DNA of 64,000 nt from Octopus sinensis (Eukaryota): positions 16,802,001 to 16,866,000 of the forward strand of contig NC_042999.1 in NCBI RefSeq assembly GCF_006345805.1. The letters are read 5' to 3'. The position numbers and the translations under genes are program-made. The notes below the pieces were generated by a model, which was not told the origin of the DNA, did not search any database, and saw only the letters and a list, made by a program, of their open reading frames with translations. Positions 38,336 through 50,510 of this stretch are shown here, in pieces (the first letter of the stretch is position 1; each line of letters opens with the position of its first letter).

Positions 38336-38919
38336 TTAAAGGTACATTATACTACATTTTCCTTTAGATATTTTATTTTTAACATACTGCACCCATAGCA
38401 TGTGGTTAATTAAATTTGGTGCCATTAAGTGTATGCTAAAGAAAGAGGATAAGATTTAGAAGAAAAAAAAAATCCCCGCGAACTCCAGAAATTGACAAAT
38501 TACAATACGATACAAATAAAGAAAAATAATAGATGTGAATAAATAAATATAAATAAAATTGAATGATAGTAAATGAACGTAGAAATGATACAGGAAGGAA
38601 ACGAACCTCTCTGTTAATCCTATTTCCTTCAAGTTGAACTAAAGAACACCGTATATTGTAAATAAAAGAGACCATATCTAGGTTGAGATAGAAATCTGTT
38701 AGTTTAAATTTAAAAAAAAAAGAAAGAAAAATGTAGGAAAAAGGAAGAAAAAGGTGTGTGTGTGTCAGGCGTGGGGAGAGGAATGGAGAGTTATTTCGTA
38801 CTGAAGTTGAATTGAATTAATAATAGTCACGTTGCCTGTGTTTAATTGTTAAAAATTGGATTTCACACGTCATCGTATATATTGGTAGAAGAAATAGGTT
38901 TTTACTTGATGCATACAAA

Positions 38920-39680
38920 CATGCGATTCTTTTGGAAGAAGAAGGACAAAAAGAAGGAGACGAAGAAGGAGAAGGAGACGAAGAAGAAGAAGAAGAAGGA
39001 GGGGAAGAAGAAGAGAGAAGAAGAAGAAGAAGAAGAAGAAGAAGGAGAGGAAGAAGAAGAAGTAGAAGAAGAAGAAGGAGAAGAAGAAGAAGGAGAAGAA
39101 GAAGACGACGACGAAGGTGAAGAAGAAGTAGAAGGAGAAGAAGAAGAAGAAGAAGAAGAAGAAGACGAAGATGAAGAAGAAGTAGCAGAGGAAGAAGAAG
39201 TAAGGAGAAGAAGAAGAGAAGAGGAGGAGAATAAAGATAAGGGATGAAGAAGAAGAAGAAGAAGGAGAGGAAGAAGAAGAAGGAGAGGAAGAAGAAGAGG
39301 TAGAAGAAGAACAAGGAGAAGAAGAAGAAGAAGGAGAGGAAGAAGAAGTAGAAGAAGAAGAAGAAGAAGAAGGAGAGGAAGAAGAAGAAGAGAAGAAGAA
39401 GAAGGAGAGGAAGAAGAAGAAGATGGGGAGGAAGAAGAAGAAGATGGAGAGGAAGAAGAAGAAGAAGAAGTAGAAGAAGAAGAAGCAGCAGCAGCAGAAT
39501 AATAATAATAATAATAATAATAATAAGAAGAAGAAGAAGAAGAGAATGAAGGAGAGGTAGAAGAAGAAGAAGAAGAAGAAGAAGAAGGAGAGAAAGAAGG
39601 AGAAGAAGTAGAAGAAGAAGAAGCAGCAGCAGCAGAATAATAATAATAATAATAAGAAGAAGAAGAAGGAGAAGAGGAAG
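38920..39680. repeat. Polypurine (GAA/GGA)n tract with a higher-order GAA-GCA-TAA duplication
   Basis: Read directly from the sequence. Confidence 0.95.
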
Positions 39681-39789
39681 ATGAAGAAGCTGTTGGAGCC
39701 GTGTCGTTTATCCACTGTAAATAAATGATTTGCCATTGATGGCGGTTGTCTTGGTTTCTTCCTTTTCCTCTGTCTCATGTGCAGTTTCT

Positions 39790-40435
39790 TCTTCGCCATC
39801 ATCACCGCTTCGCCTTTCACCACCACACCACTTCATTCTACTTCTTTTTACCACCTCCTCCTCTTTTCCTCCTCCTTCTCCCTTCCTCTTTTCCTCCTCC
39901 TCCTCTTTTCCTCCTCCTTTTCTTTTCTTCCCTCTCTTTTCCTCCTCCTTCTCTTTTCCCCCTCCTCTTTTCCTACTCCTTTTCTTTTCCTCTTCCCCTT
40001 TTCCTCCTCCTGCTCTGTTCCTCCCTCTCTTTTCCTCCTCCTTCAGTTTTCCTCCTCCTCTTTTCCACATCCCTCTCTTTTCCTCCTCCTCCCACTGATT
40101 CGCTCCTCCTCCTCCTCATTTCCTCCTTCTCCTCATTTCTCCCTCCTCCTCATTTCCGCCTCCTCATTTCCTCCCCCTCCTCTTATCCCTTATTCCCTAT
40201 TGCTTGTCATCATCCCCTTTGTTTTTCTTCGTCTACTCCGCATCTTCTCCGCCTCCCCCTTTACTTCTTCTTCTTCTTTCTTTCTTTCTTTCTTTCTTTT
40301 CTGCTTCTTCTGTATATCTTCCTGTTCTTGTTCCTCCTATTCCTCATCACCACAACCGCCATCACCACGACGACGACGACGACGACGACGACGACCACCA
40401 CCACCACCACCACCACCACCGCCACCGTCATCCTC
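39790..40435. repeat. Polypyrimidine (CCT/CTT/TTCC)n tract ending in (ACG)n(ACC)n
   Basis: Read directly from the sequence. Confidence 0.9.
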
Positions 40436-40979
40436 GTCGTTATCTACATTTTCTTGTCTTCCTCCATTGTCGTTATTAGCTTCTTGTCTCATCGAAGCTT
40501 CGTCTTTAAAATACAACTGTGAAATATTATTATTTTTATTTTAGTTTTTCTTTGCGTGTGTTTTTGTTTCTTTTTATTTTCATGTCTCGCCATCTTTGTT
40601 GTTGTTTTTGGTTATTTTGGAGACGATTCAAAGTTTAAACTTTAAAGAAGAAAAACAGGAAATAATTAATGGCCGTTCTTTTGTCATTGAGAAAGATCCA
40701 TTAATACTTATATAAGAAGGTCTACAGGAAGAAATCTTAAGAACGGTTATATTAATACAAAGCGAATTCAGAATTCATGGACTGAGAGCCTAGCAGCATA
40801 TCTGCATACTCTTTGGGAATCATTTGACTAATTAGAAATAAGATTCTTGTCCAAAATTGTAGCAACAAAAGGTAAGAATTCGATTCTACGGAACACAAAA
40901 GAATTTTTTTGTGTGTGGTACTGTGGTATGTTTGTTCATGTTTGAATCATTACAATAAATTATAAACTGCCTTCTAGTT

Positions 40980-40995
40980 GAATCTATCTATCGCT

Positions 40996-41071
<76 letters not shown>

Positions 41072-41085
41072 TAATCCATCTATCG

Positions 41086-41130
<45 letters not shown>

Positions 41131-41157
41131 CTATCTATCTATTTATCTATCTATTCC

Positions 41158-41225
<68 letters not shown>
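40980..41225. repeat. (ATCT)n microsatellite
   Basis: Read directly from the sequence. Confidence 0.95.
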
Positions 41226-41227
<2 letters not shown>

Positions 41228-41438
41228 TATTCTTTCTTCCCTACTGCTTGTCATTATCCCATTTCTTCTTCTTCGTCAACCGTTAATCCTCTTCTACCTC
41301 TCCCTATTCTTCTTCTTTTTCTTCTTCTTTTTCTTTCATTCTTTCTTTCTTTCTTTCTTTTCTACTTCTGCATATCTTCCTTTTCCCATTGATATATTTT
41401 TTACTAGTGTAAGCTCCAGAGCTGCAGCCATGCTGTGT

Positions 41439-41491
<53 letters not shown>

Positions 41492-41561
41492 ACACACTCA
41501 CACACACACAAACTCATAGAAAAAATCACATGCACACACACACGTATACGTATATATATAT

Positions 41562-41820
41562 GAGGCGCAGACGTGGTTGTGTTGTAAGACGTTTGCTTCC
41601 CAACCATATGGTTCTGGGTTCAATCTCACTGCGTGATACCTTAGGCAATAGTCTTCTGGCCAGAACATTGTAAGCGGATTAGGTAGACGGAATCTGAAAG
41701 AACCTCGTCGTGTATCTAACTATCGATCTATCTGTTTGTCTGGTTGTCTGTCTGTCTGTCTGTCTCTGTCTCTCTCTCTTTGCATGTATGTATGTTTGAA
41801 TGTGCAGATTTGTATGTTTC

Positions 41821-41853
<33 letters not shown>

Positions 41854-42350
41854 TGTATGTATGTATGTATGTATGTATGTATGTATGTATGTGCAGATTT
41901 GTATGTTTTATTTATATATTCTCATGTATACAGTTACATATCTATACATGTTCATGTATGTATGTATGTATGTATGATTGTACGTATGTATGTATGTATA
42001 TATGTATGTATGTATGTATGTATGTACAGATTTGTATGTTTTCTTTATATATTCTATTCTCATGCATATAGTTACATATCTATGCATGCTCATGTATGTA
42101 TGTATGTATGTATGTTTGTATGTATGTATGTATGTATGTATGTATGTATGTATGTATGTATGTATGTATATATGTGTATGTGTTTGGTTTTGTCCTCTGC
42201 TGTTGGTATGTTTTCGGTAAAAGATGCCCATAGAATAATGTACCAAGCTTTAAGAAATAAATATTATGATCGATTTGTTCGACTAAACAACCCCTCTAGG
42301 CAGTGTTCCAGCATGGCCGTAGCCTCATGACAGTAACAAGTGAAAGATCT
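41562..42350 (+). mobile_element. Diverged SINE family A with its linker expanded to about 470 bp
   Basis: Head at 41562-41710, tail at 42181-42350; the linker holds (GTAT)n and three copies of a GTRCAGATTTGTATGTTT-led unit. Confidence 0.65.
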
Positions 42351-42556
42351 AAGAAATTTCTTTGAGAATGCAGAATTTAAGCAAAAGGGTTGGAAAATTT
42401 TCAAGAATCGTGGCACCATCTGAGTTTTTGCGTGACTCATCTTAACTAGTGAACCTGATGAAGCTGCCCAGATAATTTGCTGACACATCGATCATACTAG
42501 ATTATATGAATAAGCAGCACTCACAAGCAATCTTGACCCTATATACGCTCACATAA

Positions 42557-42621
<65 letters not shown>

Positions 42622-42668
42622 TATATATAATATATATATATATATGTTTGTGTGTATATATGAATATA

Positions 42669-44262
42669 CAGTTGCGGCTAAAATGTTGAGAACGGCATTC
42701 TTTTCGTCAGAAAAGTAGGTATAAGTTTTTATCAAAGTTGTTTTATATTCTATAATTTTCACAGACAATAAACACAATATCATTCATTATTGTCTGAGAT
42801 TTTGGTGTAATTTGAGAGGATAATAAAAAGGTTATGGATGATATAGTGATTTACTGCAAAACCCATGGTGGCCAAAAGGATCAGAACGGTTGAAAAAATA
42901 ACAAAATAATCAAAAAGTGACAGAAAATGCTGGAATTATTTAATATTTAGTGTGAAGTTATTTAGCTTCAATCACACTCTGACATCTTTGACTGCATGAG
43001 GAAATTAAATTTTCAATTTCTTGCTGGGTGATCTTATTCCATTCTTCCAGAAGGGCATTCCATAGTTGCTCGGTTGTTTTAGGATTTCTGGCTTTCAAAC
43101 GTTTTACTAGAATAATCCACACATTTTCAATAGGATTGAGGTCTGGGCTTTGAGCAGGCCAATCCATAACAATAACCTTTTCAGCCTTGAGGAAGTTCAT
43201 GACCACCTTAGCCTTGTGACATGGGGCATTGTCCTGCATGAATATGGTTGGTCGCTTAGCTGAATGTCTCAGCACAGGCAACACATGATCTTTTACAAAT
43301 TGTTTATAAACTCCTGCATTTACCTTCCCATGTAATCGCAGCAAAGGGCCCACAACATCTCCATATATCATCCCCCAAACCATGACACTTCCTCCACCGA
43401 ATTTAACACTAGTATTAAGGCATTTAGGTGACAATTTTTCACCTGCTTTTCGACGAACGTACCTTTTGCCATCTGAGCCAAATAACATAGACTTAGATTC
43501 ATCACTGAAATGCACCGTTTGCCATTTTTCTTGAGACCACAACACGTGTTTGGTTGATAAGGTAAGACGACACTTTTTATTCTTGGAGCTGATCAGTGGC
43601 TTCACTGTAGGTGCTCTTCCTTGTAGGTCATGTTCAACTAAACGACGAGGCACAGTTTTTCGAGATAAAGTTTTCTACAGTACAATGCTTATTTCCCGAA
43701 AAACAGCAGCAGCAGTTTTAAATCTGCCCTTTTTAACCAACTTTACCATAGCACAATCTTCTCTTTTGGTCGTTTTTCTTGGCCTACCTGTAGACTTTCT
43801 TGCTTCACACGAACCACAATCATCGTAGACCTTAAGAATACCGTGAACAATACTTTTTGACTTGTTAACAATCTTTGCAATATACCTAATACTTAAATTA
43901 TCCTTCTTTCGAAGCTTAATAATCTGCTGACGAACTGGTAACGGAGTAAGTAGCATTATATTAACAAAGTACACAGCAGATATTCTTACTAATGTTTAGT
44001 AAACGAACGGTTAAATATACTAAAACATGGAGTAAAAGCAACCGTTCTGATCCTTTTGGCCGCCATGGGTTTTGCAATAAATCACTAAATCATCCATAAC
44101 TTTTTTATTATCCTCTCAAATTACACCAAAATCTCAGAGAATAACGAATAATATCGTATCTATTGTCTGTGAAAATTATAGAATATAAAACAACTTTGAT
44201 AAAAACTTATACCTACTTTTCTGACGAAAAGAATGCCGTTCTCAACATTTTGGCCGCAACTG
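42669..44262 (-). mobile_element. Full-length Tc1-family DNA transposon (1594 bp)
   Basis: 222-bp TIRs at 42669-42890 and 44041-44262 (11 mismatches by hand count), CAGT termini, TA flanks at 42667-42668 and 44263-44264, internal transposase. Confidence 0.95.
42940..43974 (-). pseudogene. Tc1 (DD34E) transposase with two in-frame stops and no frameshift
   Basis: Paired-like HTH with a GRPRKT linker; FSDES, QDNAPCH and WPAQSPDLNPIE give D..D(34)E. TAG at 43675-43677 separates two in-frame ORFs; TAA at 42958-42960 is followed by LHTKY and the natural stop at 42940-42942. Confidence 0.93.
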
Positions 44263-44273
44263 TATATACACAT

Positions 44274-44686
44274 AGGCGTAGGAGTGGCTGTGTGGTAAGT
44301 AGCCTGCTTACGAACAATATGGTTCCGGGTTCAGTCCCACTGCGTGGCACCTTGCGCTTGTGTCTTCTAACATAGCCTCGGGCCGACCATAGCTTTGTGA
44401 CTGGATTTGGTCGACAGAAGCTGGAGGGGAGAGGGCGTCGTGTGTATGTATATAAATATATGTGTGTATGTGTGTGTGTGTGTATGCTTGTCTCCTCCAA
44501 CATCACTTGACAACCGATATCTGGTGTGTTTACGTCCCTGTAACATAGCGGTTCAGCAAAAGAGACCGATAGAATAAGTACTAGGCTTACAAAGAATAGG
44601 TCCTGGGGTCGACTTGCTCGACTAAAGGCGATGATCCCGCATGGCCGCAATCAAATGACTGAAACCACTAAAAGAGTAAAAGACTA
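44274..44686 (+). mobile_element. SINE family A, full length
   Basis: Consensus head, linker and tail. Confidence 0.85.
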
Positions 44687-44793
44687 TATATACACATACA
44701 CACTTACTCGCACACAGACATATACATACACACATACACACATACATACATACATACTACATACATACATACACATGTATGTATATAAACATG

Positions 44794-45408
44794 CGACACC
44801 TTATCAATAAGTATCCGGACTGTTGCCATAGTAACGAGGCTAAAGTACGCAAAGTAAAGCCGCTGGACACAGATTGATGTTGATCTCTGCTGTGCATGTG
44901 TCCTAGGTTTTAACGTTGTAGCTCACTTCAATTATTTAGAGCAGTGCTTGGAAGGAAGGTGTGTAGCGTATGATCGTCGCATTAACCATGGCAAAGTTGT
45001 CATAGCAATATCTTCCCAAAAGTCTACGCAAGTTTGCAGAAAGTGTATGGAGAAGAGTGTATGAGCCACTCACAAGTGTACCAGTGGTTCAGACGTTTCC
45101 AAGATGACCGAAATAATGTCAATATCCACGAACGTTCTGGGAGACCCGCAACCAGCAGAACTGAGAAAAGCATCGCAGATGTGCATGCAGCTGTGAGGGG
45201 AAATCATCGAATCACCATCCGTGATTATCTGAGGATATGCAGATCAGTTACGGTTCAGTTCAGTCCATTATCACTGCAGATTTGGGTGTGAGATAAGTGT
45301 CTACCAAGTTTGTGCCAAAACTGCTATCAGCTGACCGAAAAGACACTCAGGTTTCAGTTGCACAGAATATCCTTGATTGTGTCGAGAACGATGAAAACTT
45401 TTCGAAAT
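44794..45408 (+). pseudogene. Mariner-family transposon 5' fragment (decayed TIR plus N-terminal DNA-binding region)
   Basis: QKVYGEECMSHSQVYQWFRRF...ERSGRP, then after a frameshift ISYGSVQSIITADLG...KFVPKLLS (WVPHEL-type motif); TIR-like ATCAATAAGTATCCGGACT; no catalytic domain. Confidence 0.85.
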
Positions 45409-46654
45409 ATTTGCGTAGGCCTCAGAGCTGGTATCGCAAAGTTTTTGGCAAGATTTGACCCAGATTTTCTGCTCAACTTAGTCTGTCACGATCATTGCGA
45501 CGATTACACCCTATACCCCTTCCTTCCGATCACAGCTGTAAACAGCGAAAGGGAGCGAGAAGGTCAAATCTTAGAGCGCAAGCAGAGCAGTATTCAAGGT
45601 CAATCAGTACCAAGCAGCTTCACTCTGGGTGCTTTAGCTTCGTTTCTAGGGCAACAGTCTAGATACTTATTAATGAGCACACATATGTTAACAGAAAAAA
45701 TACTAACGTTATATTGCTGATTGCAACAATCTTCTGCAGAGATAAAACGCAGCCCCTTATATGCATAGATACCAGCAGAAATGAGAAGATTAGGAGAATA
45801 GTATATGAATGCTTGTGTTGTGACAGATGTAAAAAAAAGCATCTTCAAAACGATAATAATTCAGTCAGCAGATTAAAACGCCTTCAAGTCAGGTTGATTC
45901 CATTTTCTCATCATGTATCATTTTAGTAATTAAATCTTTTGAGTTAGAATACCACGCCAATGTTTAATACCTTGCAGCGGTAATAATACGCAATGCACAA
46001 TGAATTTAAAGACAATGTGAATATAAATACTTTTGCACTTTCCACAATTTCCTTTTGGGAATTTCAAACTACACATACATACTTATATTGAGCAGCATAA
46101 TAGCGAATCATTTTCAGCGTAGTTTGTAAATGAAATTATTCCATCTGAGACGAAAATATTATAGCACTAATCACAAATGTTAAAACTATTGGCATAAGAT
46201 CATACATTTCTAGAGTAGGCAGAGAGGTCATTGAATCAATTCCAGAATATGACTAGTAACTTATTTTATCAACTATCGTAAAACAGGAAGAACCTAAATG
46301 ATTTCACTTCGAATATAAGTGATCAGAATGGTCGTTTCTATTCTGAGTTCATTCAGTTTGTGCTTAACATTAATTGACTGCCCCGTACCTGATTTATGGC
46401 CTTCTGACATAAACACCAAATAGTGTCTACGCAACACTTAGATGTAATAAAAATAGCAATCGAATCTCCTTCAAATCTCAACATACCGCAATAAAACATA
46501 AACAGAGAGGAAAGTGGATAATGTATTCGAAATTACTCGACTAAATCTAATGAAAAATGTGATCGTCACATTTGAATCTTGAGCCAACTTCTCAAAAATT
46601 GCGTGGGGGCTAAATTTTGGCTATCCGTCGGTTATGACGACGCGGGTGCCTATG

Positions 46655-46810
46655 TATGTATGTATGTTTTTTCTGTGTCCTCTTCTGTAGAAGAGCGTAG
46701 GCTCGAAATGTAAAAGACCTTTTCTATTCCTGAGCGTTATACTCATACATCTGTTTGTTTTGTACACCATCTTTCTTCGTCTTTTGTTTTTTTTTTCGTA
46801 AACTCTCACT
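46655..46810 (+). mobile_element. Short Penelope-like element, family H2b (degenerate core at 46685-46712)
   Basis: Homologous to 7340-7548. Confidence 0.55.
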
Positions 46811-46869
46811 ATGTATGTATGTATGTATGTATGTATGTATGTATGTATGTATGTATGTATGTATGTATG

Positions 46870-47421
46870 TCAGGTCACTTTCGAGTGCTACTGGTAACAT
46901 GTAACCCAGTACAACCTATTGCATGATCGGGTCGTCGGCGACTAAACTGGCAAACTCACCAAGCTTCTTTGGCGAGGAGGGTGTTTATTGGACACCCTGC
47001 GGGATGAAAAACAAAACCCTTCAAAGGGCGGAGGAACTCTTGAGAGTCAACGACCATCCAATAAATGTCTTAAGGCTGTATAATGCGCGGGGACATAGAA
47101 ATAATTCGACTGAATACCCGATCGCGCGGTTAAACGATTGGAAGTGAAGAACTCCTAGACTTTGTTAGGGCATCCTTCTAGGAGAAGGTAACTCAGGTAA
47201 CGGGGATAATTCCGACATAAAACTTGCGGCTCAGTGGTTATCGATGATGTTGACTTGTTCTTCTTTTCAGATTATGGCTGTTGTTGCTTAGTGAGTGGGA
47301 TTGACTCAGTGCACAGCCTTTCCTCACTTTAAAAATAATCTTCTTGCACGGGCATTGCACGATAACAATATTGATTAAGCTTCGTGCAATGGCCATACCC
47401 GATAACGAGGGGGCAGCCACC
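46870..47421 (+). mobile_element. Non-coding repeat of about 550 bp, probably an RTE-type 5' UTR or non-autonomous derivative
   Basis: GC-rich block between (GTAT)n tracts with a possible HDV-like fold at its 5' end; the family call is from recall. Confidence 0.45.
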
Positions 47422-47609
47422 ATGTATGCATGAATGTATGTATGTATGTATGTATGTATGTATGTATGTATGTATGTATGTATGTTAATATGCATGTGGA
47501 TGAGCACTCTTAAGACACGTCTACCCTTAATATACTTCTAAGTGTGGTTCAGCGTGACACAGAATGTGAAAAGTGTGGACCTTTGTATTAAAGATATGTT
47601 TCATTTTTC

Positions 47610-48100
47610 CCAGGTGAGTGGACTGGTGTTACGTAAAATGAAGTGTCTTTCTCACGGACAAAACTCGTTGCCGGGAATCGAACTCACGACCTTACGACCG
47701 TGAACTGAGTACTCTAATCAGTAAGCCTTCACAAAGAAAAGGTGCACCCGAGTCGCTAATATTTAGAGCGATCGCAAAGGTTAACCCAACAGGAATGTGG
47801 TGGAAGAGCTTCACTGAGGGAGAACCACCTCGCAGATCATGGGTTACTCCTGTGTCGCATAAATAGAATAAACAGTATTTACAATGGTAAGATCGTAAGA
47901 TTGTGGTTCGATTCTTGGACCGGGCGATGCATTGCACTCTGGAATAAATCACTTCATTTCACATTGCTCCAGTTATCTCAGCTGGCAAAGATATGTAATT
48001 CTCCGATGGACTTGCGACCCATCCAGTAGGTTGGGAAACCGGGAAATCAGCGTTATAAATCTATGTGACTCTAGAAGGATCTTTATCGTTATCCACAGTG
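47610..48100. mobile_element. Two decayed SINE family D fragments (about 47610-47725 minus, 47880-48100 plus)
   Basis: CATTTCACATTGCTCCAGT and GATGGACTTGCGACCCATCCAG motifs. Confidence 0.6.
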
Positions 48101-48396
48101 GTTACTATGTAGATAACGAGAATAAGAGAAAAACGTGGATGTGAGTGAATTTCATCCGTGGTTTGGAGAGACTGATTAAAACATGGGTACCAAAACCTTT
48201 TTCTGGGTCCGGAAAGAGAAGTCAATGACGATGAAGCCTATCCTCGAGGGCCTTAGCTGCATGCTGGTCAGATTTCTATGGGATGTAATAGTGATATCAT
48301 CATGTATATAGTGATGTCTTCATAACGTTACAATAATATATATATATACATACATACATACATACATGCATATATATATATATATATGAGTGTATA

Positions 48397-48429
<33 letters not shown>

Positions 48430-49188
48430 GGGAGAGAGATAGAGATAGAGAAAGAAGGCATTCAGGATTTTGGATAAGTCTTCATCAGCGCTTTCGTTCG
48501 TTTCTCGAACTCGTCAAGACAATATTAAAACCAAAATAATAAAAACAGAATGTTTCCTTGTGCTTTTATTTGAATTGGATTTTATTTTTGGTTTGTTTAG
48601 AAGAGGAGAAAACTATTTTCGGAAAAAGGGGGAAGAAATATGGAAAAGCAAAGCGGAGTAAAATAGACAGAGGAAGGTTTCTTTTCAGTTACATTTTTTT
48701 TGCTTTGTAGATAAGTGATGATGAAGAAAAGATATTTGGGGGAGCAGGACAATCAAGAAAGAGGAAGAAAAGTAAAGTGTAGTAAAATGATAGATAGAAA
48801 ATAGAGAGAGAGAGGGAGTGAGAGAGAGAGAATGAAAGAGAGAGAGAAAGAAAGAGAGAAAATGAGAGAGCGATTTCTTTTCAATTCGTGTGGCCAATCC
48901 ACTGAAAATTCATTACAAAGTATTTTTCTTTTCCCTTTTATTTCCCTATCCCTTTCGCATTTTATATCTATCGACATATTTGTAAACAAGCACATTTTCT
49001 CACAAGGGTGAGATGACATTTCAAGATGTCAATTTTAGGGTGTAGGATTGGAAAGATAAGGAAAGAGCGGAAGAACAAAAAGAGTATTTTGATTCTTAAG
49101 TGGGTGCTGCCATCACTGTAAAGTTTGAAAAATAGAAAAGTTCAAAGTCCTATGAAAAGCTCTATTCCTTTACACCTGCATATTCGAA

Positions 49189-49353
49189 TCAGTGTCTGCG
49201 TGATAAGTAGCTTGCTTACGAAGCATTTGGTTCCGGGTCCAGTCCAACTGCGTGGCAACTTGGGCAAGTGACTTCTACTATAGCCTCGGTCAGAACAAAG
49301 CCTTGTGAGTGGATTTGATAGACGGAAACTGAAAGAAGCCCGTCGTATATATG

Positions 49354-49395
<42 letters not shown>

Positions 49396-49638
49396 GTTGT
49401 GTGTGTGTGTGTATGTATGTGTGTGTATACGTTTGTGTGTCTGTGTTTGTCCCCGCAAAACCGCTTGACAACCGATATCTGGTGTAACTTAGCGGTTCGG
49501 TAAAAGAGACCGATAGAATAAGTACTAGGCTTACAAAGAATAAGTCCTGATGTCGATTTGCCAGACTAAAGGCGGTGCTCCAGCATGGCTACAGTCAACT
49601 GACTGAAACAATTAAAAGAGCAAAAGAGAGAGAGTAAG
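49189..49638 (+). mobile_element. SINE family A
   Basis: Consensus body and tail. Confidence 0.8.
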
Positions 49639-49951
49639 AGTATTCCATATTCTGTGTAAATCCATGCTTTTCACAAACAAACATTAAATATTAGTATAAC
49701 ATTCATAAAGAAGGAAAATAAAGTCAGAATATAACATATAATTTGTGTTATATCTTTGAGTATCTTTCATGATTTTGTAGGATTTATTTTTATTTTTCTT
49801 GCTTACTTGGATAAGATCATTCGAAAGAGTTACTCTCACGAATTACTTTTCCAAGTAGGTACGTTAGATATCTATCCTAACCAGTGGCAAAATGGTTCTA
49901 GTATGCATTCACGGGAATATGTAAGTTCTATACATATCTATATATCATGTG

Positions 49952-50248
49952 TGTGGAGGCACATGGCCTACTGGTTAGAGCAGCGGACTGGCGGTCGAGG
50001 GATCGCGGGTTCGAATCTCAGACCGGGCGATGTGTGTGTTTATTAGCGAAACACCTAAGCTCCGGCAGAAGGTAATGGCAAACTTCTTCTAATTCTTTTG
50101 CCACAACTTTCTCTCACTCTTTCCTCCTGCATCTTGCAGCTCACCTGCGACGGACCGGCGTCCCGTCCAGGTGGGGAACCTATACGCCAATAAAACCCGG
50201 AAACCGGCCCTTTTGAGCCAGGCATGGCTCGAGATGGAACAAACAAAC
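49952..50248 (+). mobile_element. SINE family C2, full length
   Basis: TSD ATATATCAYGTG at 49940-49951 and 50249-50260; (AAAC)n tail. Confidence 0.85.
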
Positions 50249-50329
50249 ATATATCACGTGATCCCTTGACGATCAGATTATCAGCTGCTCTTACATATCG
50301 CTAGCCACAATGCACTTTGCAGTCATTTA

Positions 50330-50510
50330 GCCTTCGAATAAGGCCATAACGATGGCTAGACAGGCAAGCTAACATTCCCCCAAATCGAAAGACGGATTGG
50401 AGCAACGCCAAATTAAGTGTTTTGTTCAAGAACACAACGCACTCCCCGGCCTGGGAATCGAAACTACGACCACTAGATCATGAGTGCAGCGGCCTAACAA
50501 CTAGGCCGTG
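50330..50510 (-). mobile_element. SINE family D-related fragment
   Basis: TTTTGTTCAAGAACACAACGC...GGGAATCGAAAC...CTAACAACTAGGCC. Confidence 0.6.

Noticed and set aside
38846-39247. Acidic Glu/Lys-rich ORF resembling a nucleolin- or prothymosin-like protein
   Set aside because: It lies entirely within the (GAA/GGA)n tract, all frames give homopolymers, and there is no splice or domain support.
42502-44375. Twin ORFs sharing SVKIIEYKTTLIKTYTYFSDEKNAVLNILAATVY (42502-42783 minus, 44163-44375 plus)
   Set aside because: They are the two Tc1 TIRs read outward, not genes.
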